From positions 1-32,605 of the forward strand of contig JAYGEF010000098.1 in assembly GCA_046582535.1 (NCBI GenBank): 32,605 nt of DNA, given 5' to 3'. The stretch is from Alphaproteobacteria bacterium. Lineage in GTDB: Bacteria; Pseudomonadota; Alphaproteobacteria; JAAXGF01. This document shows, in pieces, positions 17,861-26,199 of the stretch; within the stretch, counting starts at the first letter, position 1, and each line of letters starts with the position of its first letter. The translations under genes and the position numbers were made by a program. The notes under the pieces are model-generated. The model was not told the origin of the DNA, did no database searches, and saw only the letters and a list, made by a program, of their open reading frames with translations.

Positions 17861-18125
17861 GGGATTAATCCGCTACCAGACATATCGCTCCTACCAATTT
17901 TATAATCGCAGTTATTGACTAAATGTTAACAGAGTTATGCTTCCATTGCATGACTGGCGTGCAGCCTTATAGCTTGTCCAAACCCCCGGAATAACTACAT
18001 TTGCTGCAACGCAACATGAGGCGCCTGAGAGACTGGATACCACGTCTTTCCAACGGCTCACCAGCAACAACCATCATCGCCATACCGGGCACCAATCCGG
18101 AAGACGAGTTAGAGGAAACAAGACC

Positions 18126-18269
18126 ATGTACAACGTCATTGAATCGATCCGCCGCTGGCACCGCCACAACAACACCGTTGCTCAGCTGCACCGGCTCGAC
18201 GACCGCATGCTGGCCGACATCGGCCTGGATCGCGGCAACATTGCCGAGGCGACCCGCCGCCTCCGCTAA
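18126..18269 (+). CDS. DUF1127 domain micro-protein (47 aa), not in the ORF track
   Basis: MYNVIESIRRWHRHNNTVAQLHRLDDRMLADIGLDRGNIAEATRRLR carries the DUF1127 signature L..L.D..L.DIGL.R..I. A strong terminator follows. Confidence 0.75.
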   Translation: MYNVIESIRRWHRHNNTVAQLHRLDDRMLADIGLDRGNIAEATRRLR

Positions 18270-18288
18270 GCCCTCGGGTCATAGCGAA

Positions 18289-18325
18289 AACGGACGGCGG
18301 CCCTTCGGGGTCGCCGTTCGTTTTT
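18289..18325. terminator. Bidirectional rho-independent terminator between convergent genes
   Basis: 15-bp stem AACGGACGGCGGCCC / GGGTCGCCGTTCGTT (two G-U pairs) with a TTCG loop. TTTTT follows on the plus strand and TTTTCGC on the minus strand. It sits between the DUF1127 stop (18269) and the minus-strand stop (18331). Confidence 0.8.
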
Positions 18326-18330
18326 GTGCT

Positions 18331-19206
18331 CTAGCGAAACGCACCGAGACCATAGAGCCGCCAGATCAGACCCGGCGCCGCCAGTAACGGATGGCGGCGC
18401 TGCCAGGGCGTCGCCGTGACGGCAATGCCCGAATGGCGCTCGACCTTCCACAACGCATAATCCACCGCGCCATCAAACGTGAAGGCCGCCTTGATCAGGC
18501 GAGCCACGTTCAAAGCCTTGCCCGCCGCCCGGCGCAGCCACCATGGCGCCCCGCCGCCGCCCGCCAACGCCAGGGGCGTCAGGCGATCGTAGCGGGCGCG
18601 GTCGGCCTCGTAGAGTTGCCCGGCCCGGCCCGGGGGCTCGGGGCGCAGCTCGGCCCGGTAGGTCTCGGCAAAGGCCCGGGGCCACAACACCTCGGGCCGT
18701 GTTTCGTCCGGCAATAGCCGCCGGGTCACCGCCATCAGGGTTGTCACCGCGTCGGCCTGGGCCGCCGCGACCCGACGGCGCGCGTCGTCATCGGCGCTGT
18801 AGACAAGCCGCGCGGGCTGGGCGAAGCGGGCCCAGATCATCGGCTGCAGGGTCCCGGGCAAGGCTCCTTCGGCAAACTGATCGAGGCTCATCACCGCGTA
18901 TTTCACCCGCACCACCGCACCCTCCCAGGGCGTCTCCAGGTAGAACACGTTGGGCGGCAACAGCCGATTGGCGGCGGCGGCGAACCGGTTTTCATAGGCC
19001 TCGCCGTAGCGCCCGACCAGCACATAGAAGTCGAGCACGCCATGGGGGTCATCGTCGCGCAGGCAGGAGCCGTAGAACACCAGCGCCCGCACCGCATCGC
19101 CATGGCGCCCACGCACCACCTCGGCGGCGGCGCTCACCCACGGCCGCACCGGGGTCGCGGCCTCCTGGGCCAGCATCTCGATCAGGTCGTGGCGGGGCTC
19201 AGCCAT
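18331..19206 (-). CDS. Uncharacterised protein, possible Tam41/Mmp37-like phosphatidate cytidylyltransferase fold
   Basis: 291 aa. VFYGSCLRDDDPHGVLDFYVLV, NVFYLETPWEGAVVRVKYAVMSLDQF and IWARFAQPARLVY resemble, by memory only, the Tam41 blocks GYGSGVF / IDxIxGV / VYFNP...VKYGVVS / GRLQKPVKIL. Confidence 0.4.
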   Translation of the reverse strand: MAEPRHDLIEMLAQEAATPVRPWVSAAAEVVRGRHGDAVRALVFYGSCLRDDDPHGVLDFYVLVGRYGEAYENRFAAAANRLLPPNVFYLETPWEGAVVRVKYAVMSLDQFAEGALPGTLQPMIWARFAQPARLVYSADDDARRRVAAAQADAVTTLMAVTRRLLPDETRPEVLWPRAFAETYRAELRPEPPGRAGQLYEADRARYDRLTPLALAGGGGAPWWLRRAAGKALNVARLIKAAFTFDGAVDYALWKVERHSGIAVTATPWQRRHPLLAAPGLIWRLYGLGAFR

Positions 19207-19212
19207 GACACC

Positions 19213-20160
19213 TCAACAACGCAGGAACCGCAGCCGGCGGTCGGCTTCTAGAACCGCGGCCTCGGCCGGGTCCGGGTGGACAATCTGTCCGTCCAGAATC
19301 ATCGGGCAGTCGCCGCGGATGGTAACCCGGTTGGCGCAGCGGCTGCGATAGCCGGCCGCTTCCATCCACGGCCGCGGCCGCCCCCGCAGCATGGGCACCA
19401 GGGCGCGGGCCAGGCGGGCCGGCGGAAAGTCGATGGTGGTCAGGCGCAGCGCCCCCGGCCCATGGCCCCAGAACGGCCTGACGCCGAGAAGCAGGCGGTC
19501 GAGGGTGGTCGCCATGACCAGCAGAAAGCTGCCGCCCCGGCCGGCGCCGTCGTCAATCGCCAGGGTCATGTCGTCGCCACGATAAATGCCGTCCTCGCCG
19601 CCCCGGCGGATCAGGGCGCGGAGCAGGCTCGAGGCCAGGGAAAGCCCGACCACCGCGCGGCCGGTGGCGCCCCTGGGGTGGTACTTGGCGCGGGCCAGCA
19701 TGGTGCCGCGATAGAACGCGGCGGTGCCGAAGAACATACCGTGCAACGCCGCCGCGCCGCCGCCGGGATGAAGCGTCAGCACCGGATGGTCCATCGCCGT
19801 CAGGGGCGCACCGGTAAGCAACCGGGTGAGACCGTCCACCGGCCGGCCCTTGAGGCCGAGGTCATGGGCAATCAGGTTGGTTCGCCCGGCCGGCAGCAAG
19901 GCAAGGTCCGGCGTGCGCGCGAAGTCATGACTATTGAGAAGCGCGGTCATCACCCCTTGAACCGTGCCGTCGCCACCGTTGACCACCACCTGCTCGATGC
20001 CGCGCCGGGCAAAATCGGCCAGGGCCGTGGGCAGGGCCGACATGTGCTCAAGCTCCACATGGGCCACCGTGGAGTCCTGGGCCACGGCTTCGCGCACCGC
20101 CGCCAGGTCGCGCAGATTGCGGTGGCTGTACGGGTTGCTGATGACGCCGATGGCTGTCAT
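19213..20160 (-). CDS. Diacylglycerol-kinase-catalytic-domain lipid kinase (YegS/BmrU-like)
   Basis: From the ATG at 20160: MTAIGVISNPYSHRN...VVVNGGDGTVQGVMTALL...LALLPAGRTNLIAHDLG gives the DAGK_cat GGDGT and P.G..N motifs. The longer listed ORF would overlap lptG. Confidence 0.75.
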   Translation of the reverse strand: MTAIGVISNPYSHRNLRDLAAVREAVAQDSTVAHVELEHMSALPTALADFARRGIEQVVVNGGDGTVQGVMTALLNSHDFARTPDLALLPAGRTNLIAHDLGLKGRPVDGLTRLLTGAPLTAMDHPVLTLHPGGGAAALHGMFFGTAAFYRGTMLARAKYHPRGATGRAVVGLSLASSLLRALIRRGGEDGIYRGDDMTLAIDDGAGRGGSFLLVMATTLDRLLLGVRPFWGHGPGALRLTTIDFPPARLARALVPMLRGRPRPWMEAAGYRSRCANRVTIRGDCPMILDGQIVHPDPAEAAVLEADRRLRFLRC

Positions 20161-20167
20161 GGCGCTG

Positions 20168-21247
20168 TTACCGGCGCTCGCCATAAAACCCCAGAGCCGC
20201 GCCGGCGGCGGCAAAGGCCAGGCTCGGCGCCCAGGCGGCAAGGACGGGCGGCACCAATCCGGCCTCACCCACGGCCAGGGCAAAGCCGTCGAACACGAAA
20301 AAACAGAAGCCGATGGCGATGCCCAGGGTCAGAGTCGTGGCAGCGCCGCCGTGGCGCTGGAAGCGCTGGCTCAAGGGCACAGCGATAAGCACCATCAGCA
20401 GCGACGCCAGAGGCACGACAATCTTGCGGTTGAACCAGGTCTCATAAACGTAAAGCGGCCGGCTGCCGAACTCCGGCGCCCCCAGGTAACGCCAGACATC
20501 GCCCAAGGAGAGCTCGCGGGGATGGGCCATGAGAGTCGATAACAGGTCCGGCCGCAAGCGTCCGGCCCAGGGCAACCGGGCGATGGTCTCAACCGCGTTG
20601 GCGGCCACGTCATAGCGGGTCACGTCGTAAAGCACCCAGGCGCCGGCCTCGAGCACCACCGTGGCGGCGTCGATGCGGACGGTGAGAATGCCCGCCACGT
20701 CGCGTTGGAAAATGGTCACGTCCGTCAGACGAGCGCTGTCGCCGGTGTCCAATGTGCCGAGGCGAATGACGTCGTTGCCCTCGCGGAGCCAGGTTCGCCG
20801 GTCGCTCTCAGCCATGGCGCCGCTCTCCGCCGCAGCGCCATAGTCGGCCGCCGCCCAGGCGCGGAGCTCGGCGGCGGCCGGTGGCACGGCCGCGTCGTCG
20901 AGCCAGAAGTGAGCCGCGCCAAGCAGCCCGACCGCCGGTAGAAACGCCAGCACAAGCCGCCACGGCGATACCCCGGCGCCGAGCATGACGACGATCTCGC
21001 CATGGCGGACCAAGCTGACCAGGGTGAGCAGCGCGGCAATGAGCACGGAGAACGGCAACAGCTTGGAGACGATGACCGGCAGGCGCAGGGCAAAATAGCG
21101 CCACAGCGCCAACGCCCCGTCACCGGCCACCACCTCGTCCGCATGGGCCATCATGTCGAGCAGGGATGCCAGGGCCACCAGCCCGGCCAGCATCAGGGCG
21201 AAACGGGCCACGAACAGCCGGTTGAGATAGCGCGCGAACAAAGCCAT
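20168..21247 (-). CDS. lptG: LPS export ABC transporter permease LptG
   Basis: The start MALFARYLNRLFVARFALMLAGLV (ATG 21247) overlaps the lptF stop (TGATG). This is YjgP/YjgQ-family topology with a periplasmic middle domain. Confidence 0.8.
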   Translation of the reverse strand: MALFARYLNRLFVARFALMLAGLVALASLLDMMAHADEVVAGDGALALWRYFALRLPVIVSKLLPFSVLIAALLTLVSLVRHGEIVVMLGAGVSPWRLVLAFLPAVGLLGAAHFWLDDAAVPPAAAELRAWAAADYGAAAESGAMAESDRRTWLREGNDVIRLGTLDTGDSARLTDVTIFQRDVAGILTVRIDAATVVLEAGAWVLYDVTRYDVAANAVETIARLPWAGRLRPDLLSTLMAHPRELSLGDVWRYLGAPEFGSRPLYVYETWFNRKIVVPLASLLMVLIAVPLSQRFQRHGGAATTLTLGIAIGFCFFVFDGFALAVGEAGLVPPVLAAWAPSLAFAAAGAALGFYGERR

Positions 21248-22410
21248 CAGCCGCGCCGCGCCCCATCGCGTCTCATCGTCGCCATGGCGAGACGTTCCAC
21301 GATGCCGTCCACCGGATTGACCAGCCCGCCGGCACTGGCCTTGGCGAACAGGGCAGTGCTGGCAGCGGCAAACAGCGACAGCGGCAACCACAGGCCGAGC
21401 CACGGCGAAATATGGCCGAGCGCCACCATGGAGCCACCAAGCTGGAGAATCTTCTGGTACAGCACCAACGCCACCAAGCCGGCAACGATTCCGTAGGATC
21501 GCCGTGCCCGGCCGCCGCCAAGCCCCAGGGGAATGGCCAGCAGGGGCAGGAAAAGCATGGTCACCGTGCGCACCAGGCGGCCGTGAAATTCGGCATCCAT
21601 GGTGGCCATGGTGACGCCGGCCGGCGGCTGGTACCGGGCCGACCACAGCTCGGGCGAGGTGAGTTCGCGCTCGTCCTTGCCCCGCATCCTGTAGGACACC
21701 GAGCCGGCCGCGCCGATCGGCCGGCTAAGCTGATCGAAGGCCAGGCTGGTGATGCCGCCGCTGCCCATGCGAACCGTGACGCCGTCAACCAGATACAGCA
21801 CCGAGCGCATATGCTCGGTGGACGGCTTGAGAGCGCCACTGCGCGCCGTGGTGATGACCGAGCCGCCGGCCGCGGTTTCCTGATAGACGAACACCCGGGT
21901 CAGGCGCCGGCTGCCGACGCTGACCTGCTCGGCCATGAAGGTCATGCCGTCGGCCTCGACAAAGGCACCGTCTTCCAGGGCCGAAGCCAGGGAGGCATGG
22001 CCGATGGCATGGACCAGAGCACGGTAGCCATAGCGGCTGTAGGGCTGGACATAGGCGAAGATGACGGCGGTAACGATGGTCAGCACCACCGCCAGACCCA
22101 TGACCGGTACCAGCAACCGGGGCAGGGCGACGCCGGCGGCGGCGAAGGCCACCAGTTCACTGTCGCCGCTAAGCCGGTTGAAGGCCAGCAGCACGCCGAT
22201 AAAGAACGCCGCCGGCAGGGCGATACCCAGGTAATGAGGCACCAGGCTCATCATCATTTCGAAGACCCGAAGCATGGAGGTATCGCCGGTGGCCGCCAGA
22301 TCCATGATGCGCAACATACGCTCAAGCAACAGGGCGGCCAGGGCGACGCCGATGGTCGCCAGCAACGGCACCAGTATCAAACGCAGGAGGTAGCGGCCAA
22401 AAACCGTCAT
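21247..22410 (-). CDS. lptF: LPS export ABC transporter permease LptF
   Basis: The start MTVFGRYLLRLILVPLLATIGVALAALLLERMLRIMDL (ATG 22410) is the YjgP/YjgQ-family N-terminus. It is the first gene of the pair. Confidence 0.8.
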   Translation of the reverse strand: MTVFGRYLLRLILVPLLATIGVALAALLLERMLRIMDLAATGDTSMLRVFEMMMSLVPHYLGIALPAAFFIGVLLAFNRLSGDSELVAFAAAGVALPRLLVPVMGLAVVLTIVTAVIFAYVQPYSRYGYRALVHAIGHASLASALEDGAFVEADGMTFMAEQVSVGSRRLTRVFVYQETAAGGSVITTARSGALKPSTEHMRSVLYLVDGVTVRMGSGGITSLAFDQLSRPIGAAGSVSYRMRGKDERELTSPELWSARYQPPAGVTMATMDAEFHGRLVRTVTMLFLPLLAIPLGLGGGRARRSYGIVAGLVALVLYQKILQLGGSMVALGHISPWLGLWLPLSLFAAASTALFAKASAGGLVNPVDGIVERLAMATMRRDGARRG

Positions 22411-22546
22411 GAATAGTCCGCCAGTGGAGCGGCCACGGTCGCGAAAAATTCCTTGACCCGAACGCGTCGGTAAACGAGTTTCACCACCACTTCGCTGGTC
22501 GGTCGCGGATCGGCCATGGCCACTTATACCAAGGAGCGGCACTTCA

Positions 22547-23017
22547 GTGTTGAAGGATTTGACCGCCCTGCGCCATGGGGCGCTGACAGCCATCGTTCTT
22601 GCAGTATTGGCCATCGGTAGCAATGCCATGGCCGCCTGCCAGTCATTGGACGGCGAGATCGAAGTCCGGGTCGATGCGGTGCGCAGTGCGTCGGGCAGTA
22701 TCGTCGCCGTGCTCTATGGCGACAACCCGGCGGATTTCCTCAAGAAGGGCAAGCGCCTCGACAAGGTCTTCGAACCGGCCCGGGAAGGGCTGGTCAGCGT
22801 CTGCCTGACGGCGCCCGCCCCCGGGATGTACGCGGTGGCGGTCTATCACGACGAAAACGGCAACAAAAAATTCGACAAGACCTGGATCGGCCTGCCCGAC
22901 GAGGGTTACGGGATCTCTAATAATCCAAAAATATTTTTGTCGGCGCCGGCCTTCGACGAAGCCAAGTTCGAAACGCTCAACGGACCCACAGTGATCGATA
23001 TTGTGGTCGGCTATTGA
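22547..23017 (+). CDS. DUF2141 domain secreted protein
   Basis: Signal-like N-terminus (AIVLAVLAIGSNAMAA). GSIVAVLYGD...AVAVYHDENGNKKFDKTWIGLPDEGYGISNNP...P.FDEAKF matches the DUF2141 pattern. GTG start after AAGGAG. Confidence 0.7.
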   Translation: MLKDLTALRHGALTAIVLAVLAIGSNAMAACQSLDGEIEVRVDAVRSASGSIVAVLYGDNPADFLKKGKRLDKVFEPAREGLVSVCLTAPAPGMYAVAVYHDENGNKKFDKTWIGLPDEGYGISNNPKIFLSAPAFDEAKFETLNGPTVIDIVVGY

Positions 23018-23056
23018 GCCTAGAGCGGCGCAAGCCAACTCGGGTAGAATAGGGAT

Positions 23057-25480
23057 ATGTCAGTTCTGACCCGCGATGATGCGACCACGGCGGATCGGCC
23101 GCAGGCCCGGGACGGCCGTATTCCCGGCATGCGGACGCGGCCCGACTACCTGGTCCTCGGGGTTCGCGACGGTGTCAGCCCCAGCCCCAAGCCGCCCGTG
23201 CGCATCTTCCTCGGCACCGAGCCGTCGCAATTCCGGGCGGAACGCATTTTCGTGTGGTCCATCGAACAGGTGCGCGACCCGGCGCGGGTCTACGAAATCC
23301 ACCTGATGTCCGATCTCGCCGGCTTTCAGCGCCTGCTGTGGCTGACCGGCTTCACCAACTACCGCTTCGCCATTCCCCATCTCGCCGGGGCCAGCGGCCG
23401 CGCTATCTATAATGACGTCGATCAGATCTACCTGAGCGACCCGGCCGAATTGTTCGACCTCGACATGGCCGGCCACGGCTATCTCGCCATTGACGGCGCC
23501 AAACCCGACACCTCGGTCATGCTCATGGACTGTGAGCGCATGGCCAAGGTCTGGCCCCTGGAAAGCGCCCAGCAGGGCCGCAAAAACCGGCTTATGGCCG
23601 AGGCCCGCGCGGTGGCGGGCCTTGGGGGTCCGCTGCCGCCGGAATGGAATGCCCGCGATGAGGAATACAGCGCCGGGCAATCGAAACTACTCCACTACAC
23701 TGGCCTTCATACCCAGCCGTGGCGGCCGTTTCCCGAACGCTTCGTCTACTTCCGCAATCCCGTGGGCGCGGTGTGGGATGACCTGGAGCGCGCCGCCGAC
23801 CAGGTCCGCTATCAGATCTACGATCTCGATCGGCCGAGCGCCCGCTGTACGGATGTGGCGGCCCGCCTGGCTGACGCCGGTAGTCACCCGGTCACCGCCT
23901 ACGATGACGTTGATGACCTGGTGGCGGCGAGCGAAGCAAATTCAGTGCTTGAGTTCGGCATGGGCGTTGCCGCGCCGGTGTTCGATTTCGGCGCCGACAT
24001 CACGGTCCACCGCCATGACCCCGCTCATGCGGACTCCAACCCGCCGCCGGCGCGTTACCATGGGGTGGTCTGCCGCGGTGGTTTGAGCCTGCTGCCCGAC
24101 GCCGATGTCAGCTGGATCATGGCGGCGTTGTTCGCCCGCGCCGAGCGCTTCGTCCAGGCCACCATCACCGAGTTGTCGGGCCACTTGACCCTGGGCGACG
24201 GCAGCCGATTGAAGACCTGGCGCCGCGTGCCATCGTGGTGGTTTGCCCTCATGGAGGCCTGCGGCGCGCGCTATCCCGATTTGACCTGGCGGGTGAACAT
24301 TCATACCCGCCGCCACGGCATCTATACCCGCCACGGCGGCCGCAGCCATGGCACGCCGACGGTCTGGGTGCTGGACGATGGCAAGCCGGGCCACACCACT
24401 CAGTCGGTCGGCCTCGCCGAGGCCCTGGGCTGGCCCTACGAAATCAAGACACTGAACTTCACGGCCCTGGCCGGTCTCGGCACCGCGCTGCGCAGCCGGC
24501 TCGGCGCTACCCGCCTCGGTGTCGACTGCGCCGCCTCGGCCGAACTGGCGCCGCCGTGGCCCGATGTGGCCATCGCCACCGGCTGGCGGCCGGCCCCGGT
24601 AACCCGCTGGATCGGCGAGCAAAGCCGGGGCCGCACCCGCACCATCCAGTTGGGCCGCAAGGGCGGCCGGGTGGCGGATGTCTACGACATCGTGGTCGCC
24701 TGCGGCTATTTCCAGTTGCCCCTCCATCCCCGGCGCATCGAGACCTCGGCGCCGCTCAACCGGGTTACCGCCGCCAGCCTCGACGCGGCAGCGGCGGCCT
24801 GGCCCGACCTCTATGATCAGATGGCAAAGCCCCGCATCGCCCTGTTGTTCGGCGGCTCGAGCCGGCGTCACGATATCGCGCCCGAACTGGCCCGGCGCAT
24901 CGGGACCGAGGTCCGTGCCTTTGCCGATCAGGCCGGCGGCTCGATCTTCGCGGTGACCTCGCGGCGCAGCGGCAAGGCCGCCAGCGATGCCCTGGCCGAG
25001 GGATTCGGCGACGCCCTGGGCGAGACCGCGCGGATCGATCGCTGGCGCGACAATCGCCCGGACAACCCCTATCTCGCCTGCCTCGCCCTGGCCGATGTCA
25101 TCGTCGTCACCGGCGAAAGCGAATCCATGGTCGCCGAGGCTGCCGCCTGCGGCAAACCGGTCTACATCTACCCGATTCCGGAAAAGCCCCTGGGCTTCTG
25201 GACCCGCATCGAATCGTTCATTGTCGGCATTGCCCTGACCCGGCGTTATAACCGGCGCGGCACCCTCAAGCCCCAGCGCGGCCTGCGACGGTTCTGTGCC
25301 CGGCTCATCGGCCGTGGTCTGGTCCAGCCGCGGCGCAACCTGGACCTGCTTCACGAGGCGCTGATCGCGCGCGGTATGGCCAAGTTTTTCGGCCCGCCCC
25401 TGGAGACCGGCAAGCGCCCGGCGCTGCACGAGGCCGACGAGGTCGCCGCCGAGATACGCCGGCGGCTGAACCTGTCATGA
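23057..25480 (+). CDS. 807-aa multidomain protein: N-terminal GT8-like glycosyltransferase, central methyltransferase-like segment, C-terminal ELM1/DUF1022-like domain
   Basis: GT8 is supported by YRFAIPHL...AIYNDVDQIYLSDPAELFDLD (DxD) and LLHYTGLHTQPWRP (resembles H..G..KPW). The central part has VLEFGMG...GVVCRGGLSLLPDADVSWIMAALF (class-I MTase-like, weak). The C-terminal part starts VWVLDDGKPGHTTQSVGLAEALGW and ends in a GT-B-like ADVIVVTGESESMVAEAAACGKPVYIY. Confidence 0.65.
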   Translation: MSVLTRDDATTADRPQARDGRIPGMRTRPDYLVLGVRDGVSPSPKPPVRIFLGTEPSQFRAERIFVWSIEQVRDPARVYEIHLMSDLAGFQRLLWLTGFTNYRFAIPHLAGASGRAIYNDVDQIYLSDPAELFDLDMAGHGYLAIDGAKPDTSVMLMDCERMAKVWPLESAQQGRKNRLMAEARAVAGLGGPLPPEWNARDEEYSAGQSKLLHYTGLHTQPWRPFPERFVYFRNPVGAVWDDLERAADQVRYQIYDLDRPSARCTDVAARLADAGSHPVTAYDDVDDLVAASEANSVLEFGMGVAAPVFDFGADITVHRHDPAHADSNPPPARYHGVVCRGGLSLLPDADVSWIMAALFARAERFVQATITELSGHLTLGDGSRLKTWRRVPSWWFALMEACGARYPDLTWRVNIHTRRHGIYTRHGGRSHGTPTVWVLDDGKPGHTTQSVGLAEALGWPYEIKTLNFTALAGLGTALRSRLGATRLGVDCAASAELAPPWPDVAIATGWRPAPVTRWIGEQSRGRTRTIQLGRKGGRVADVYDIVVACGYFQLPLHPRRIETSAPLNRVTAASLDAAAAAWPDLYDQMAKPRIALLFGGSSRRHDIAPELARRIGTEVRAFADQAGGSIFAVTSRRSGKAASDALAEGFGDALGETARIDRWRDNRPDNPYLACLALADVIVVTGESESMVAEAAACGKPVYIYPIPEKPLGFWTRIESFIVGIALTRRYNRRGTLKPQRGLRRFCARLIGRGLVQPRRNLDLLHEALIARGMAKFFGPPLETGKRPALHEADEVAAEIRRRLNLS

Positions 25481-26199
25481 GTTATCTCGACTTCAGCCGC
25501 CTCGACGCCATCGAGACCGCCGCGTTCCAGGGCCAGTCGCCCTATCCCTGGCTCAACCCCCAGGGCCTGTTGACCGCCGACGGCTTCCGCCGCCTGACCG
25601 ATACCCTGCCCGACGTCAGCCGCTTCGAGCGGGTCTTCGACAAGGCCCGGGCCCATGGCCAGCGAAGCCACGACCGCTACACCCTGGAATATCACAAGGG
25701 CCTTGATCTGCCGCCGGCCTGGCGCGATTTCATGGCCGAAATGGAGAGCGAGCGCTACCAGCGCTTCATCCGGCGGTTGTTCGGCCGCGGCCGGCTTCGT
25801 CTGCGTTATCACTGGCACTACACGCCCACCGGCTGCTCAGTGTCGCCCCACTGCGACGGCCGCGACAAGCTCGGCTCGCACATCTTCTATCTCAACACCG
25901 CCGACGACTGGCGGGCGGAATGGGGCGGCGAGACCGTGGTGCTCGACGATGGCGGCCGGTTCAAACGCTCATCGGCGCCGGCCTTCGAGGACTTCGATAG
26001 CGCCGTCGCCGCCGAGACCATGGACAACCACAGTTTCATCTTCGCCCGCCGGGGCAACTCGTGGCACGGGGTGCGCGAAATCGACTGCCCCGAGGACCGC
26101 TTGCGCAAGGTCTTCATCGTGGTGGTCGAGGACCGCATTCTCGGCTTGCGGCGACGGATGATGGATCGGTTACGCCACCCATGGTCCGTGGGTGGCTGA
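25477..26199 (+). CDS. 2OG-Fe(II) oxygenase, prolyl-4-hydroxylase-like superfamily
   Basis: SPHCDGRDKLGSHIFYLN...WRAEWGGETVVLDD...NSWHGVREI...RLRKVFIV gives the H-x-D, distal H and basic residue. ATGA overlap with the upstream gene (25477-25480). Confidence 0.6.
   Translation: MSYLDFSRLDAIETAAFQGQSPYPWLNPQGLLTADGFRRLTDTLPDVSRFERVFDKARAHGQRSHDRYTLEYHKGLDLPPAWRDFMAEMESERYQRFIRRLFGRGRLRLRYHWHYTPTGCSVSPHCDGRDKLGSHIFYLNTADDWRAEWGGETVVLDDGGRFKRSSAPAFEDFDSAVAAETMDNHSFIFARRGNSWHGVREIDCPEDRLRKVFIVVVEDRILGLRRRMMDRLRHPWSVGG

Noticed and set aside
20168-22629. Long N-terminal extensions of listed ORFs: 20168-21646, 21247-22629, 19213-20283, 11218-12258, 31453-32583 and 1540-2694.
   Set aside because: The extensions overlap the preceding gene in another frame and are low-complexity. 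Internal starts give canonical family N-termini and tidy ATGA, GTGA or TGATG junctions.
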